From: Callorhinchus milii
Lineage: Eukaryota
Length of the DNA stretch: 64,000 nucleotides
Reading direction: 5' to 3'
NCBI RefSeq assembly: GCF_018977255.1
Contig: NW_024704742.1
Location: 133,302,001-133,366,000, forward strand
Shown: positions 12,029-23,900 of the stretch, one piece after another
How the letters are laid out: every line of letters begins with the position of its first letter
Position numbering within the stretch: position 1 is the first letter of the stretch
The notes under the pieces: generated by a model
Seen by the model: the letters and a program-made list of their open reading frames with translations, nothing else
Told to the model about the DNA's origin: nothing
Database searches by the model: none
Translations under genes and position numbers: made by a program

Positions 12029-12985
12029 ACAACAACAACAACAACAACAAACTTACATTTGTAAAGCGCCTTTCACATTGGGAGGATGTCCCAAGGCACT
12101 GGACAGACATAGTTACGGACCCGAGCTGGGGGTCGGGATCGGGGAGGGAAGCATGGAGATCGAAAGCATGGTCAAAGAGGAGGCTCTTGAGTTGGGTCTT
12201 GAATGAGGCAAGGGGGGGGCGAGGCGGAGGGACTGCGGGATGGAGTTCCAGAGGGTGGGGGCAGAGTGGCGGAAGGCCCGCCCGCCAATAGTGGGGTGAG
12301 CGAGACAGGGGACATGAAGCAGGCCGGAGCCCGCTGAGCAGAGGGAGCGAGCAGGATGGTAGGGGTTTAGGAGGTCGCAGAGGTAAGGGGGTGCAAGTCC
12401 GTGAAGGGCTTTGAAGGTGAGGACCAGGATCTTGAACTGTATGTGTCCTCTGTGTGATAGGAAGCCAGTGGAGTTGGGCAAGGATGGGAGTAATAGGGTT
12501 GGGAGCCTAGTGCGGGAGAGGACACAGGCTGCAAATGATGGAGGAGTTGAGGAGGCCGACGAGCAAGGAGTTTGCATAATAATAATAATCCTTGCATTTG
12601 ATATAGCGCTTTTCATGTCTTATCGACGTCTCAAAGCGCTTCACAGAATAGACTGTAAAGTGAATTGATTGAATATTTGTGGGCAAATCGCGGCAGCCAA
12701 TTGCGCACAGCAGTGTCCCACAATCAGTCGTGGATAGAAAATGACCAATTTATTATTGTTTTTCGGAGGGATTATTAGGCGCGTGGTGTCAATCCTCGAT
12801 GTAATGAAGGCGTGTATGAGGTTTCGGCGGCCTGTGGTGTGAGTCAATGGCGGAGCCGGGCGATGTTGCAGAGGTGGGGGAAGGCAGAGCGGGTCATGGC
12901 GCAGATGTGGGGTAGAAAGGAATAGCTGAGGGTCAAACAAGACCCCAAGGTTCCGGACTGGCTTAGCAAGGTGGAGTGTGCAATC
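12029..12985 (-). mobile_element. L2-clade LINE 3' fragment, interrupted by a SINE at 12579-12787
   Basis: RT C-terminal motifs VRNLGVLFDPQL, LIHAFITSRID|YANSLL, IQFKILVLTFKALHGLAPPYLCDLL, GGRAF..SAPTLWNSIP; tail gggacatcctcccaatgtgaaaggcgc...(ttg)n. Confidence 0.9.
12579..12787 (-). mobile_element. 5'-truncated young Deu-SINE nested in L2
   Basis: Sits between L2 codons ATT GAC and TAT GCA; carries the Deu core and a (tta)n tail. Confidence 0.88.
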
Positions 12986-13758
12986 ATGGATAACCTTCTG
13001 ACTTGGAGGTGAGAGTGCTACCGAGAACCAGGCCGACACAAGAATTGCACAAGTTACTGCAGCCAATGTCTGTGGAATGTCTTCATGAAGAAATCGGGAA
13101 TTCTGCAACTGCTGATTGGCAGGAATGATGATTCAGCTGAGCTTGGCTCAGTCAGTAGCAATCACGCCTCTGAGTCAGCGGGTCACTAGCTCAAGCCCCA
13201 AATATCAGGCTCATAGTTTTGACTGACACTCCAGTGTAACTGCAGAGGGTGGGGGTAGGTTAGTGGGTGAACACTGCATTGTCAGAGATAAAATGTTTAA
13301 CTAAGGTCCATGTTTAGTATTGAATGACTGTCCATCCCTCTGGGACGTTTTTCCGACATGAAGGGCACTTTGCAAGCGAAATTTATTGTCTTTGTTCCCG
13401 TCTGTGTCCGTTCAGGTCAGATGATGACGATTCCTTGGCGCTATCAAGAGAAGGAGTTTCACCTGGTGCCCGGGCCACAAATCCCCCAGATAAAATTGGT
13501 CATTCATTTCATGGCTGTTGGTGAGACATTGCTGTGCACAAACTGGCTGCTGCGTTTCGCCCACAAAATAGCCACTACGCCACAGTAAATCCGGCAAAGT
13601 GTTCCAAGTCATCTTTTCCGACGTGAAAGGCAATGCATACAATACAAGCAATATTATCTCCTTCAGTTTTTTTAAAAAAAAACTCCTTCCAGAAATGGTT
13701 GTGCCTAATCCTAGTGAGCGACAATAACACAACTGTAACTGTGCTGCTCGTCACCTAC

Positions 13759-13847
13759 CTGAGACATCAGGGACCATCACATCCACACCGTGAGCGAGCA
13801 TTGCTCCCAGACACTCCAGCTGGCCCTTTGTGGCAGCCAGATGTAGA
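13759..13847 (-). CDS. RAI14: RAI14 coding exon (89 nt, phase 2 to 1), ankyrin repeat
   Basis: ttttcacag|T CTA CAT CTG GCT GCC ACA AAG...GTC TCA G|gtaggt. Encodes LHLAATKGQLECLGAMLAHGVDVMVPDVS; phase matches the previous exon. Confidence 0.93.
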
Positions 13848-14439
13848 CTGTGAAAACAAAATAAGATTGAAACACATGAATCAATCCCCAAAACGTGTAT
13901 TGCTCGCTCACTCACTCCCTCACCTCGTTCAAGGTCTGGCTCAAGACCTACCTCTTTGACCATGCTTTCGGTCATCTTTACCTTACCAACTCAGCCTGGG
14001 CTGTATCCAGTACTGGAGCTCACAAACTCCTTCAGAATTAGTGCTGTAAACGATCAGCTGTCCAAGTCAAAATGTTACGGAAAAAGAAATAAAAAATAGT
14101 CTGTGCGGTTAAGCTATTTTGTTGGGCAGACTGCGTAGTTACTGTTCTGCAGATGGCATCAACTCTGCACCAATTTCTGAAGGTTAAAGATGATGGGCAT
14201 CATTAAACATCAGCCCTCTACAGCCAACCCTCTCAGACTGGTCGGATCCAAATTATCCACTGTTGTTTTAGTTTCTTCCACCTCCCACCCCTACTTCCCC
14301 CTCCGCTCCTTGTATTTTCCAGCAAGATGATAATCCTAACTGGATTTATTCCACATCCCCAAAAGACAATCCAGGTTCTTCTTCCTTGCTGTTACAGGCA
14401 AGTTTAAGTCAGGCAACAAAGATTGGGATACAAAAAATT

Positions 14440-14700
14440 ACATTTATATAGTGCCTTTCACGTCGGAAGGACGTCCCAAGGCGCTGGACAGTTAAGGGTT
14501 TGGACCTGAGCTGGGGGTTGGAATCAAGAGAGGTGGAGGGTAGGAGGGGTTGGAGTGTGGCCGAAGGTACGGTTAAGAGGATGGTTTTGAGGCAAGCAAG
14601 GGAGCGGGCAAGGCAGAGGGATTCCGGGATGGAGTTCCAGAGGGTGGGGCAAAAAAGCTGAAAGCCTCGCCAATGATGGGGCACGTAGGGCGGGGGACAT
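14440..14700 (-). mobile_element. L2 3' fragment
   Basis: PTLWNSIPESLCLA motif plus tail cagcgccttgggacgtccttccgacgtgaaaggcactatataaatgt. Confidence 0.82.
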
Positions 14701-14975
14701 GGGTATATAATGCTAGACGAGTATTCATCATTGTAATGTTTCTGGGTGCTGAGAATTGAATACACATTACGCAGTACACAACCTAACGATGATATCTGCG
14801 GATACGAGTTTAGCCAATTACTGAAATCTCAATTCGTAAAGAGGACGCCATGATCTACAGAATTCACATTCATGTTTTTTGGAATAAACCTGTGGGAGAT
14901 TGATGATAAACCTTTTTACCTTTCCTTCACTCCCTCCCGGCCATCCGTCTCCTCTCTCTCCTTCTTCAATGATTT

Positions 14976-15339
14976 TATAATAATACTTCCATTTGACATA
15001 GTGCCTCATTACTTCATTGAGACATCTCAAAGCGCTTCACAGAATACACATAAAGTGGATTGACTGTGTATTTTGTGGGCGAAAAGCAGCAGCCAATTGC
15101 GCACAGCAGTGTCCCACAAACAGATGTGGATTGAGTAAGCACATTTTTTTTTGAGGGATTATTACCTCCAGAAAGCGATCCACCAATAGTCTAACAACCG
15201 GGTTCCTATATACTGCTAGGTAAACATAGGTATGTGGAGTAAGGAAAATTGCCTAAGGTTTTGTCCTGCCCGGGAACCGGTAATTGAACCCGGGTCCTCT
15301 CGCTTGCGAAGAGGACTAACCACTGTGCTACAGGACTCC
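14976..15339 (-). mobile_element. Young Deu-SINE, long form, full length
   Basis: Head ggagtcctgtagcacagtggttag, gggttcaattacc, Deu core, tta tail. Confidence 0.88.
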
Positions 15340-15914
15340 ACAAAATAACATTGCGAGGAAAACAGCAACTAACCTGTGATAAACTTCAGATTGCAGCTGC
15401 ATTTTGAAAGGTCCAAATTGCAGAGAAAGCTTGTCCAGAGGAGAAGGGAAGGGGGTCAAAGCCTAGTCACTGCCCAGCTAGTCACGGAGCCTCCAGTCAA
15501 TCTGCTCAGGGCTTTATTCATTCATCGTCCAGGTCGGCTTTTAGAGTCTGAGCTAATGGGAACGCGATCAATATTTCTGACGACCACTCATAAATAACGC
15601 TCAAGACGTTTCACTTCCTAAAGCTACTCACTGCTGCTTCCCACAACCCCCACGTGCAGTGCAAAAGCTACACAGACCACAAGCGAATCTGGCTGGAAAG
15701 AACTTGCGGTTAAATACTTTGCAGCTAGTTTATCGCATACCCTGTTAAAGGCAACAGTGTCCGTTTTGTTGGCTCACACGCCCCATTGTGAACCAGGAAT
15801 GTTTTAGATAAATCTCTTGCACCGACCGGGGTATCGCTCAGGATTCAATGTAACCTTTTTCTTCTGTATTCCAAGTACAACTTTATCCTTCAACGCTTCA
15901 AGGCTCTTTAACTT

Positions 15915-16180
15915 CCAGGCAGGGCGAAACCTTGGGCAAGTTTCCTTACTCCACACGCCTAATAATAATCCCTCCAAAAACCCAAAACAATAATAAATTG
16001 GTCATTTTCAATCTACGACTGTTTGTGGGACATTGCTGTGCGCAATTGGCTGCCGCGTTCGCCCACAAATATACAGTCAATTCACTTTACAGTATATTCT
16101 GTGAAGCGCTTTGGGACGTCCTCCCGACGTGAAAAGCGCTATATCAAATGCAAGGATTATTATTATTATTATTATTATTA
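15915..16180 (+). mobile_element. Young Deu-SINE, short form, 5'-truncated
   Basis: gggcgaaaccttgggcaagtttccttactccacacgcctaataataatccctcc...gggacgtcctcccgacgtgaaaagcgctatatcaaatgcaagg(att)n. Confidence 0.9.
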
Positions 16181-16521
16181 ACTCTCTTCTTCTCTCAAAC
16201 CCCACCCTCTCCACTCCACGGAACTCCGTCCCTGCAGACTCTGCGACTCACCCCCACTCCCTCCTTCACCATTTTCAAAGCCTGGATTAAGATTCATCTC
16301 TTTGACGGAGCATTTGTTCATCCTTCTCCTGATGACAACACAGCCAGTCTGGCTCATCGGCTGGACCTGGAAGGGCAGACCAGTCAATGGGGACTGGAAA
16401 CACTCAGCTCCTGTTAACCCTGCAAGCTAAAGCGCCAATGAGTAGGGTGATCCTAGCTGTAGAAGCAATGGGAAAGCTTGCCAGACAGTGCGATCAATGG
16501 CAAGTTATGCAATATTAGCTG

Positions 16522-16937
16522 ATCCTCGTCCTCACCTCACCTTTAAGACCATCCATGCCCTTATCCCCTCCTACCTCTCTGACCTGCTGACTCCCTACCA
16601 ATCTGCCCGCTCCCTCCGTTCAGCGGACTCCAGCCTGCTCATGTCTCCCGCCCGACCCGCCCTACCATCGGTGGCCGGGCTTTCAGCCTCTCTACCCACA
16701 CATTTTGGAACTCCACCCCACAGTCCCTTTGCCTCGCTTCCTCCCTTGCTTCCTTCAAGGCCGGTCGCAAGACCCTTCTCTTCGACCGTGCCTTTGTCTC
16801 CCTCCCACCTCTCTGCCTTCCCTCACCCCTACACCACCCCTCCCCCATGCTCGGGCCCCAACACCTGACTGTTCAGCGCTTTGGAACGTCCTCTCGACGT
16901 GAAAGGCACTCTATAAATGTAATTTTGTTGTTGTTGT
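16522..16937 (+). mobile_element. L2 3' fragment inserted in an unclassified repeat
   Basis: TFKTIHALIPSYLSDLLTPYQSARSLRSADS motif and (ttg)n tail; the flanks rejoin as ttagctg|gttagactccag. Confidence 0.88.
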
Positions 16938-18624
16938 GGTTAGACTCCAGCAGTACCTCAACCCACAATCTGGGGCCCCCAAGCCTTGGCTCTTGCCAAC
17001 TAGCGCCTAATAATTCCCGGAATAAAGGTAAGTAGGATGCACACCAGGGATAGTGTGCGCATTCCATTCCAACAATTTATCTCTGGGATTTCTATGTGTA
17101 ATGATAACAATAATAATCCTTGCATTTAATATAGTACCTTACCACATCGTTGAGACGTCAAGAACATATTTTAAAGTGAATTGACTATATTTTGTGGGCG
17201 AAACATGGCAGACAATTGCGCACAGTCCCACAAACAGTCGAGGATTGAAGTGACCAATTTTTTTTTGAAGGAATTATTACCCCCGGTTGATGACATTGAG
17301 CAAAGCCTCATCTTTGGTATGATACATTTAACTGAGGTCTTGTCTGCCTGTTCAGGTGGATAATAAAGATCCCATGACAGTATTCTAAGACAAGGAAGTT
17401 TCTTCTGGTGTCCTGGCCAACAATCCCCCAAATAAAATTGGTCTCTCACTTCACAGCTGTTTGTGGGACATTGCTGGGTGCAAATATGGCTACTCGCCTA
17501 CAAAATACGGTCACTACGCTTGGCAATGATTACTGGGAAGCGACATTCATGTGATAAGGCTTTCTAGCAAATTCAACAACAAAGTGAGTGAGAGAGAAAG
17601 TAAGGGTGGGTGTGGGGGGAGGAAAGAAAAGGCACAGAACACGAAAGAAAATGTAATTTTGTTGATGGTGGTGTTGCTATGAGCAGATTGTGACTGGTAG
17701 AGCCTAAGTGCAGTTCCTGGCATTTCATTGACAAATCTGTCAGTGAATATGAAGTCCAACTAAGCGGTTTGTCAATAGATTAATTTGCAGGAACTAACAG
17801 CACAGCAGTTGGATGACAAACAGGATTTCCTCGTGAGAGAAAGCAAGCGAGAGAAAAAGTAATCATTTATTACTTGCAGAAAATGCGGCACAACACTGCA
17901 GAAAAGGTTGATTTCATCACTGAGGGCCATGGTACTACAATTTGCATTTATATGAGGTGTTACAGAGGCGGTGCCCATCACCAAGCCACGGTGGGTGGGG
18001 TGTTGGAGGTTATAGGCACGGTCGAAGAGGTCTGTTTTTCAGGAGACTTTTTAGAGATGGACAACAACTTGCATTTATATAGCGCCCTTCACACAGGGTA
18101 ACGTCCCGGAATGCTTCATAGTGGCAGGGGGAAAGGGAGTGGGGAGGTCACCGTAAGCAGTCAAAAAGGAAGGGATTTGAAAGTGGGGAGGGAGGGGGCA
18201 AGGCAAAGGGATTGAGGGAGGGAGTTCCAGAGTTTCGGGGCTTAGTGACTAAAGGCACGGCCAAGATTAGAGGGATCTCGTTGGGGTTCCAGAGAATGGG
18301 GGCACAGTGACTGACAGCTCGGCCACCAACAGTGTGGTGGAGGAACGTACAGAGGTCCAAGTCTGGCTAGTGGATGGGCGACGTTGGAGAGATCACAGAG
18401 GTAAGTGGGTTAAGGACACCAACTGCTGAGTTTTGGATTCTTTTGCTCTGAAATTTTGCTTTACAATTGCACTATTGCCCTGTTAGATCTAATTGTCTAT
18501 TGCTGTCTACGTTACTGGTTAACTAACCATTTAACATCTACAGTGACACGCTAAGGCTGAAACACGCCACTCGTTTACAACTTGCATTTATACAGCCTCT
18601 TCCCATGGGATAAAATTTGAGTGT

Positions 18625-19065
18625 TTCAAACTCTGTACCCTTATCACACCAATCCTAGCCAGCCTCCACTGGCTCCCAATCACCAAACGGATTGATTTCA
18701 ATATCCCTCACTCATTTCCAAATCCCTTCGTGCCCTCGCACCTCCCTACCTATCCGATCTGCTTACTCCCGACTCTACCACCCACTGCCTCTGCTCGGCT
18801 GGATCCAGCTTCTTCTTTGTCTCTCATTCCCTCTGTTCCCCGCCACTACACCCTGAAACTCTGGAACTCTCTCCCTCAATCCTTTCTCCTTGCTCCCTCC
18901 CTCCCCACCTTCAAATCCTGCCTAAAGACCTTTTTATTTGATCGTGCTTATGGCCACCTACCCCCTCCCTCTCCCGCCTGGCTGGTTGTCAGACTCCGCC
19001 AACCTGAAGTGCTCTGGGACGCTACCCCACATGAAGGGTGCTATATAAATGCAAATTATGTTGTG
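18625..19065 (+). mobile_element. L2 3' fragment
   Basis: LHWLPITKRIDF, KLWNSLPQSF..SLPTFKSCLKTFLFDRAY, tail gaagggtgctatataaatgcaa. Confidence 0.82.
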
Positions 19066-19399
19066 GCTTCATAGCGGTAGGGCTCAGATGCCAAGCAGGA
19101 ACAGAAAGGGGAGGAGGAATCGACCATAGGCATGGTAAAAGAGGGGTAGGTGGGATTTAAAGATAGAGAGAAGGGGCAAGGTGCAGGGATAGAGGCAGAG
19201 GGTTCCTCTCTCTAGCAAAGGGTGGAGATTATGGCCACTTATATTCATTCGACAAATTGCCATTTGGAATGTCAATGCTACAAGTTACATGAAAGCAAGC
19301 CTCGCTGTGGGACAGTCATGCTGCAGTATCAATCAGCACCAGAGGCCAATAAGTGGTAGGATTTAAGCATTTGAAGTCCTCACGTTTACTGCCTGCAAG

Positions 19400-19710
19400 C
19401 CTTCAGAGGTGCCGTCCTTCAAATGAGATGTTAAACTGAGATCCTGTCTGCCTGTTCAGGTGGACATTAAAGATCCCATGGGACTGTTCAAAAAGAGAAG
19501 GGAGTTTCTCTCATCTGGTGTCCTGGCCAACAATCCTCCCCCCAAAATTGGCCACTCACTCCATGGCTGTTTGTGGGATATTGCTGTGCGCAATCGGCAG
19601 CCACGTTTTGCCCACAAAATACACAGTCAATCCACTTTACAGTGTATCCTGTGAAGCGCTTTGAGATTTCTCAATGACATGATAAAGCGCGATATCAAAT
19701 GCAAGGATTT
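19400..19710 (+). mobile_element. Older Deu-SINE (core and tail)
   Basis: gaggtgccgtccttcaaatgagatgttaaa...gggatattgctgtgcgcaatcggcagcc...aaatgcaagg. Confidence 0.8.
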
Positions 19711-19885
19711 TTTAAAATTAAATTGGTGATTCACCAAGTGACACTTGATGGGACTTTGCTTCGTGTAAAATCGCTTCCATTGTTTCCTATTTAAAAATAA
19801 AGTAAATTAGTGCTTTGAGGAGCTTCGATGTTGATGATGCAAATTGTTATTATGAATGCAAGTATTATTACTTGCATTCATAATA

Positions 19886-20638
19886 ACAATTTGCATTTAC
19901 ACAGCGCATTTCACATCGGGAGGATGTCTCATGTCTCCCGACCCGACCTGCCTGCCCCACCATCGGTGGCTAGGCCTTCAGCCTTTCTGCCCCCACCCTT
20001 TAGAACCCCATCCCAGAGACCCTTTGCCTCGCCCCCTCCCTTGCCTCCTTCAAGGTCATCCTCCTCCCAACAATAAATTGGTCATTTTCAATCTACGACT
20101 GTTTGTGGGACATTGCTGTGTGCAAATTGGCTGCCGCGTTCGCCCACAAATATACAGTCAATCCACTTTACAGTGTGTTCTGTGAAGCGCTTTGGGACGT
20201 CCTCCCGACGTGAAAAGCGCTATATCAAATGCAAGGATTATTATTATTATTATTATTATTAACGTAAAAATGCAAGTTGGTATTATTGGTCGGCCTTTTA
20301 CGCACTCATCTTCAGCTCGGGTGCCCAGCCAGGGGGATTAAATGTTTTCAGACAGCAACAACAACAAATTACATCCCATTCCCTGGCTGAACACTCAAGG
20401 GTTTGCATCCGAGCTGAGCGCTGGGATCAGCAGGTTTGGAGAGCAGGAAGGGTGTGGGAGGAGGATGAGCTTGAAGGAGGCAAGGGAGGAGGCGAGGCAA
20501 AGGGTCTCTGGGATGGGGTTCTAAAGGGTGGGGGCAGAAAGGCTGAAGGCCCAGCCACTGATGATGGGGCAGGCAGGTCGGGTCGGGGGACATGAGACAT
20601 CCTCCTGATGTGAAAGGCGCTGTGTAAATGTAAATTGT
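19886..20638. repeat. Inverted duplication: 184-bp arms at 19886-20069 and 20455-20638 (L2-derived), with a SINE fragment (20070-20260) in the spacer
   Basis: Manual alignment gives 9 mismatches in 184 and no gaps. Confidence 0.9.
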
Positions 20639-22216
20639 ATTGAAATTGTACTGCATTCAGACTTTTGAGAATCTGAACGATGTGTGAGTATCAGCCTCTC
20701 ATAAAATGCAATCACCTACCTAGATGTTTGCTCGTACCACAGAAAATTTACCATATATTAAAAAAAGGCATTTCCGCTGCATTGTGATAAAAAGGTAAGG
20801 CGGTTAAGGAGACCAGTAGAAGTCCCAAAGGATTTGACATAGTCCCAGGTGGTGTCTTATGCAGCACTGGTCACAAGGACACAACACAGGATTCTTCAAC
20901 GTAAGTAATATCCAACTGCTCCATTAACAGTGTTGGCTCACGAGTTCAACAAATTGCCCACTAACCATGCTAAACAGATTAAAAATGTTCCTGTTCCCAG
21001 CGGAAATGATCAGCGGTAATTAATTGCACAGATTAACATTGGCCGTGCTCCTTGTTAAATTAATGCACCCGCTGCTCTACAAAAGGCCATCCGCCACCCT
21101 TGTGTCAATGAAAATGTAACACGACTCTTTAATGCATCAGAGTTGGATTCCAACTTTCATCCCTAAACATTCAATGACGATTTCTAGTAACTCAATCATC
21201 TGAAACACAACTGTCGCATTTCTCCTTTTTGAAGAGCAGAGGGTACAGAGCATTAGTTGTATGAATGCTTTGCTTCCCCCCACCCCAACCCTTTTAAAAG
21301 CAGCATCCCACACCATTTATCAGAGTGCGACGGGACGAGATGGGACATGTACTGCACTGAGCTAGAGTATAGTTTCTCTGTGAAGAAAAATCAATTAATT
21401 CCTTTGCATCATTTCCACACGATACATTAGCAATGTAGTGTCTTGGGATATCATTGGCTGCCCTTCGGGGTTCCTCCCGATCAGCACAGATCAAAGCCTT
21501 AACTAAGCAATGAATAATAAAACCCAGGGATGCGGTAATGTTATTACGGTATAGAAGGCTGCATTTAAAACGGGAACTTGTCCTTAAATTGCAAACCAGC
21601 GTGAGTGAAAAGCGGGGCAGTCTTGTATCAAGATAACATGGGAATCTGATGCACCAAATTCAAGCAGGTTACCGCAATGAACATCTAACAAGCAGGGATA
21701 TCAATGCACTTGAATTGGAATCCCCGTTGAATACAGCCAGCTCAGGCAAAACAGCAAAGCAATTTCACATTGGAGAATACAGTCTTATCCACCAAATGTA
21801 AGACTGCGATGCGAGGGAGGGGAGAGAGAAAAGGAGGGGAGAGGTTTCTGGCAGACACAGCAACACCACATCTATGATTCCAGCAATTCAGAAGGCCTCG
21901 AATGCTGCATATTAAACTGGTTAACATCAGAGCTGCTTGTTTCACTGCCATTAGTCGGCTTTCTAAAAATACTGGGTTCCCCCCGATCAGCGCTGATCAA
22001 AACAATGAATAATAAAACCTAGTGATATGGTAATGTGAATACGATACATTAGCAATATAGTATCTTGGGATATCATTATTCGCATCGTCTGGAAGCACTT
22101 AAAAATTCGGGTCAAAGATTAGAAACCCGTCACCATAAAATTTAGATGTGCATTTCGCATTTCCAAGACCCCATTCTTTGCGGTTGCAATGTTTCTCTTG
22201 TCAGGCAGTTACTTAC

Positions 22217-22347
22217 GCAGATTTGCCCTCGTTGTCCAGCTTGGTGGGGCTGATCCCCTTCTTGCCCAGGAGGGAGGACACTTTATCCGTGTCGCCATGC
22301 TCCACGGCTTGCAGTAACCGGTCATCGTTCTTGCTCCACTCGTGAGT
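22217..22347 (-). CDS. RAI14: RAI14 coding exon (131 nt, phase 0 to 2), start of ankyrin region
   Basis: Minus strand ctgcag|ACT CAC GAG TGG...AAA TCT GC|gtaagt. Translates [44 protein letters not shown], close to my recollection of human RAI14 [31 protein letters not shown], and closer to it than to UACA, ANKRD24 or ANKRD35. Confidence 0.93.
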
Positions 22348-23029
22348 CTGCAGATGCACAAAGGAGAACAGGGTGAGTTCGGAAAGGAGAAGGGAGGGAT
22401 CGGGAAATTAAGACGGTTTGTGGGTTGACACGACCATCGAACGGCAGCAGAAACTCAAGAAATTAAAAGCACGACTGCTGAGGTTATCAGATTACATCTC
22501 CCGCTCGCTCGCTCTCTCTCTCCCATCCCCAAAAATCTGAAAGGGAAGTTGAATGAAAAGACCTTACAGTTGACACACATATCTAGACAAAAGAGGAATT
22601 TCAGATCTTGCAAGGCATACTCCATAGTAACGTTTTAACTGCAGCAGCCACAGACCCATCGGTTTATGCGTGTGCTGTCAGTGCTGCCGAAGAAGCCACT
22701 GGAAACTGCTGAAAAGCAGCCTCTTAAAGATATCGACTGGCTCCCTGCCCAAACACATCCTGCGGGAATAGCATTATGCATCATTGTCCTAGCCCGACTC
22801 CTGAAACACCTGATGTAAATAAAACCTATCACCGCACTCGCCCCAGCATCTCCGGCGCTGGTCTATTTTTTATTTTTTATCGTCGACGCTTGCATTTTTC
22901 AGCATATTAAATTTGCTCGGCTCAGCGTCTGCCACGCTCGGGAAAATTTCCGATTGATGTGGAACCCGTATTCTAATCGAACGCGGGTTGCGAGGGTTTG
23001 GCATCGCAATCACAGTCGAACCTCACTGA

Positions 23030-23357
23030 GCTGGGATCCAGAACAAGGTGGGGGGGTGGGGGGGTTGGGCATAATCTTAAAATTAGAACTGGGCCATTTA
23101 GGAATGAAATCGGGAAGCACTATTTCCACACAAAGGATGGTGGAAATCTGGATCTCTCTCCCCCAAAAGGCTGTGACTGCTGAGATGCATTCATATTTTC
23201 AAGACTGAGGTGGATAGATTCTTGTTAGGTCAGGGTGTCAAGGGATATGGAGCAAGGGCAGGTAAATGAAGCTGAGCTACAGATCCGCCATGATCTAATA
23301 GAATGGCGGAACAGGCCGAGGAACTAAACAACCTACTCGACCTGTTCCTATTCTTAT
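23030..23357 (+). mobile_element. CR1 LINE 3' fragment
   Basis: GHNLKIRTGPFRNEIGKHYF; ttcaagactgaggtggatagattc; tail cctgttcctattcttatg. Confidence 0.85.
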
Positions 23358-23449
23358 GCCCCAGTGAATTTTCTGCACACGGATACTCCGTGCAGTTACA
23401 CCAGAAGCGCTGGGCTTCCGGTTCTGAATAACCTTCTTACCTGACCAGA

Positions 23450-23900
23450 GGTGTCACCCTGGTTCAATTGATAGCACTCTCTCGCCTCGGACACAAAAAG
23501 TTGTGGGTTCAAGCCCCTCGTCGAGGCTTTGAGCTGACAGTCCAGGGAGACATACCAATGCAGAGCTTGGGGAGATGGGATGGGGAGGAAAAGAGTACCG
23601 CATTGTTACAGGTGCCATCCTTTGGGTCAGATGTTAAACCAAGGTTCGGGCTGGCTGTTCAGGTAAATGTTAAAGATTCTAAAGATAAAAAGATAATAGT
23701 GGCACTATTTGAAAAGAGAAGGGAGTTTCTTGGCCAACACTCCCCAAGATAAAATTGTCAGTCACTCGAGACATTGCTGTGGCTGCCACATTTGCCTACA
23801 AAATACTCAGTCAATACACGATACGATAAATCATGTGAAACACTTTGAGATGTCCCAAAGATGTTAAAGGTGCTCTATCAAATGCCCAAGGATTATTATA
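23450..23900 (+). mobile_element. Older Deu-SINE, near full length
   Basis: Head ggtgtcaccctggttcaattgatagcactc, gtgggttcaagccc, core, tta tail. Confidence 0.75.

Noticed and set aside
12113..13108. RT-like ORFs (also 25351-26138, 3685-4029, 54467-54733)
   Set aside because: 5'-truncated, frameshifted L2/CR1 debris, not functional genes.
22217..22347. Alternative assignment to UACA, ANKRD24 or ANKRD35
   Set aside because: Motifs [29 protein letters not shown] and SKCP fit RAI14 best, from memory of the paralogues; a phylogeny or synteny check would confirm.
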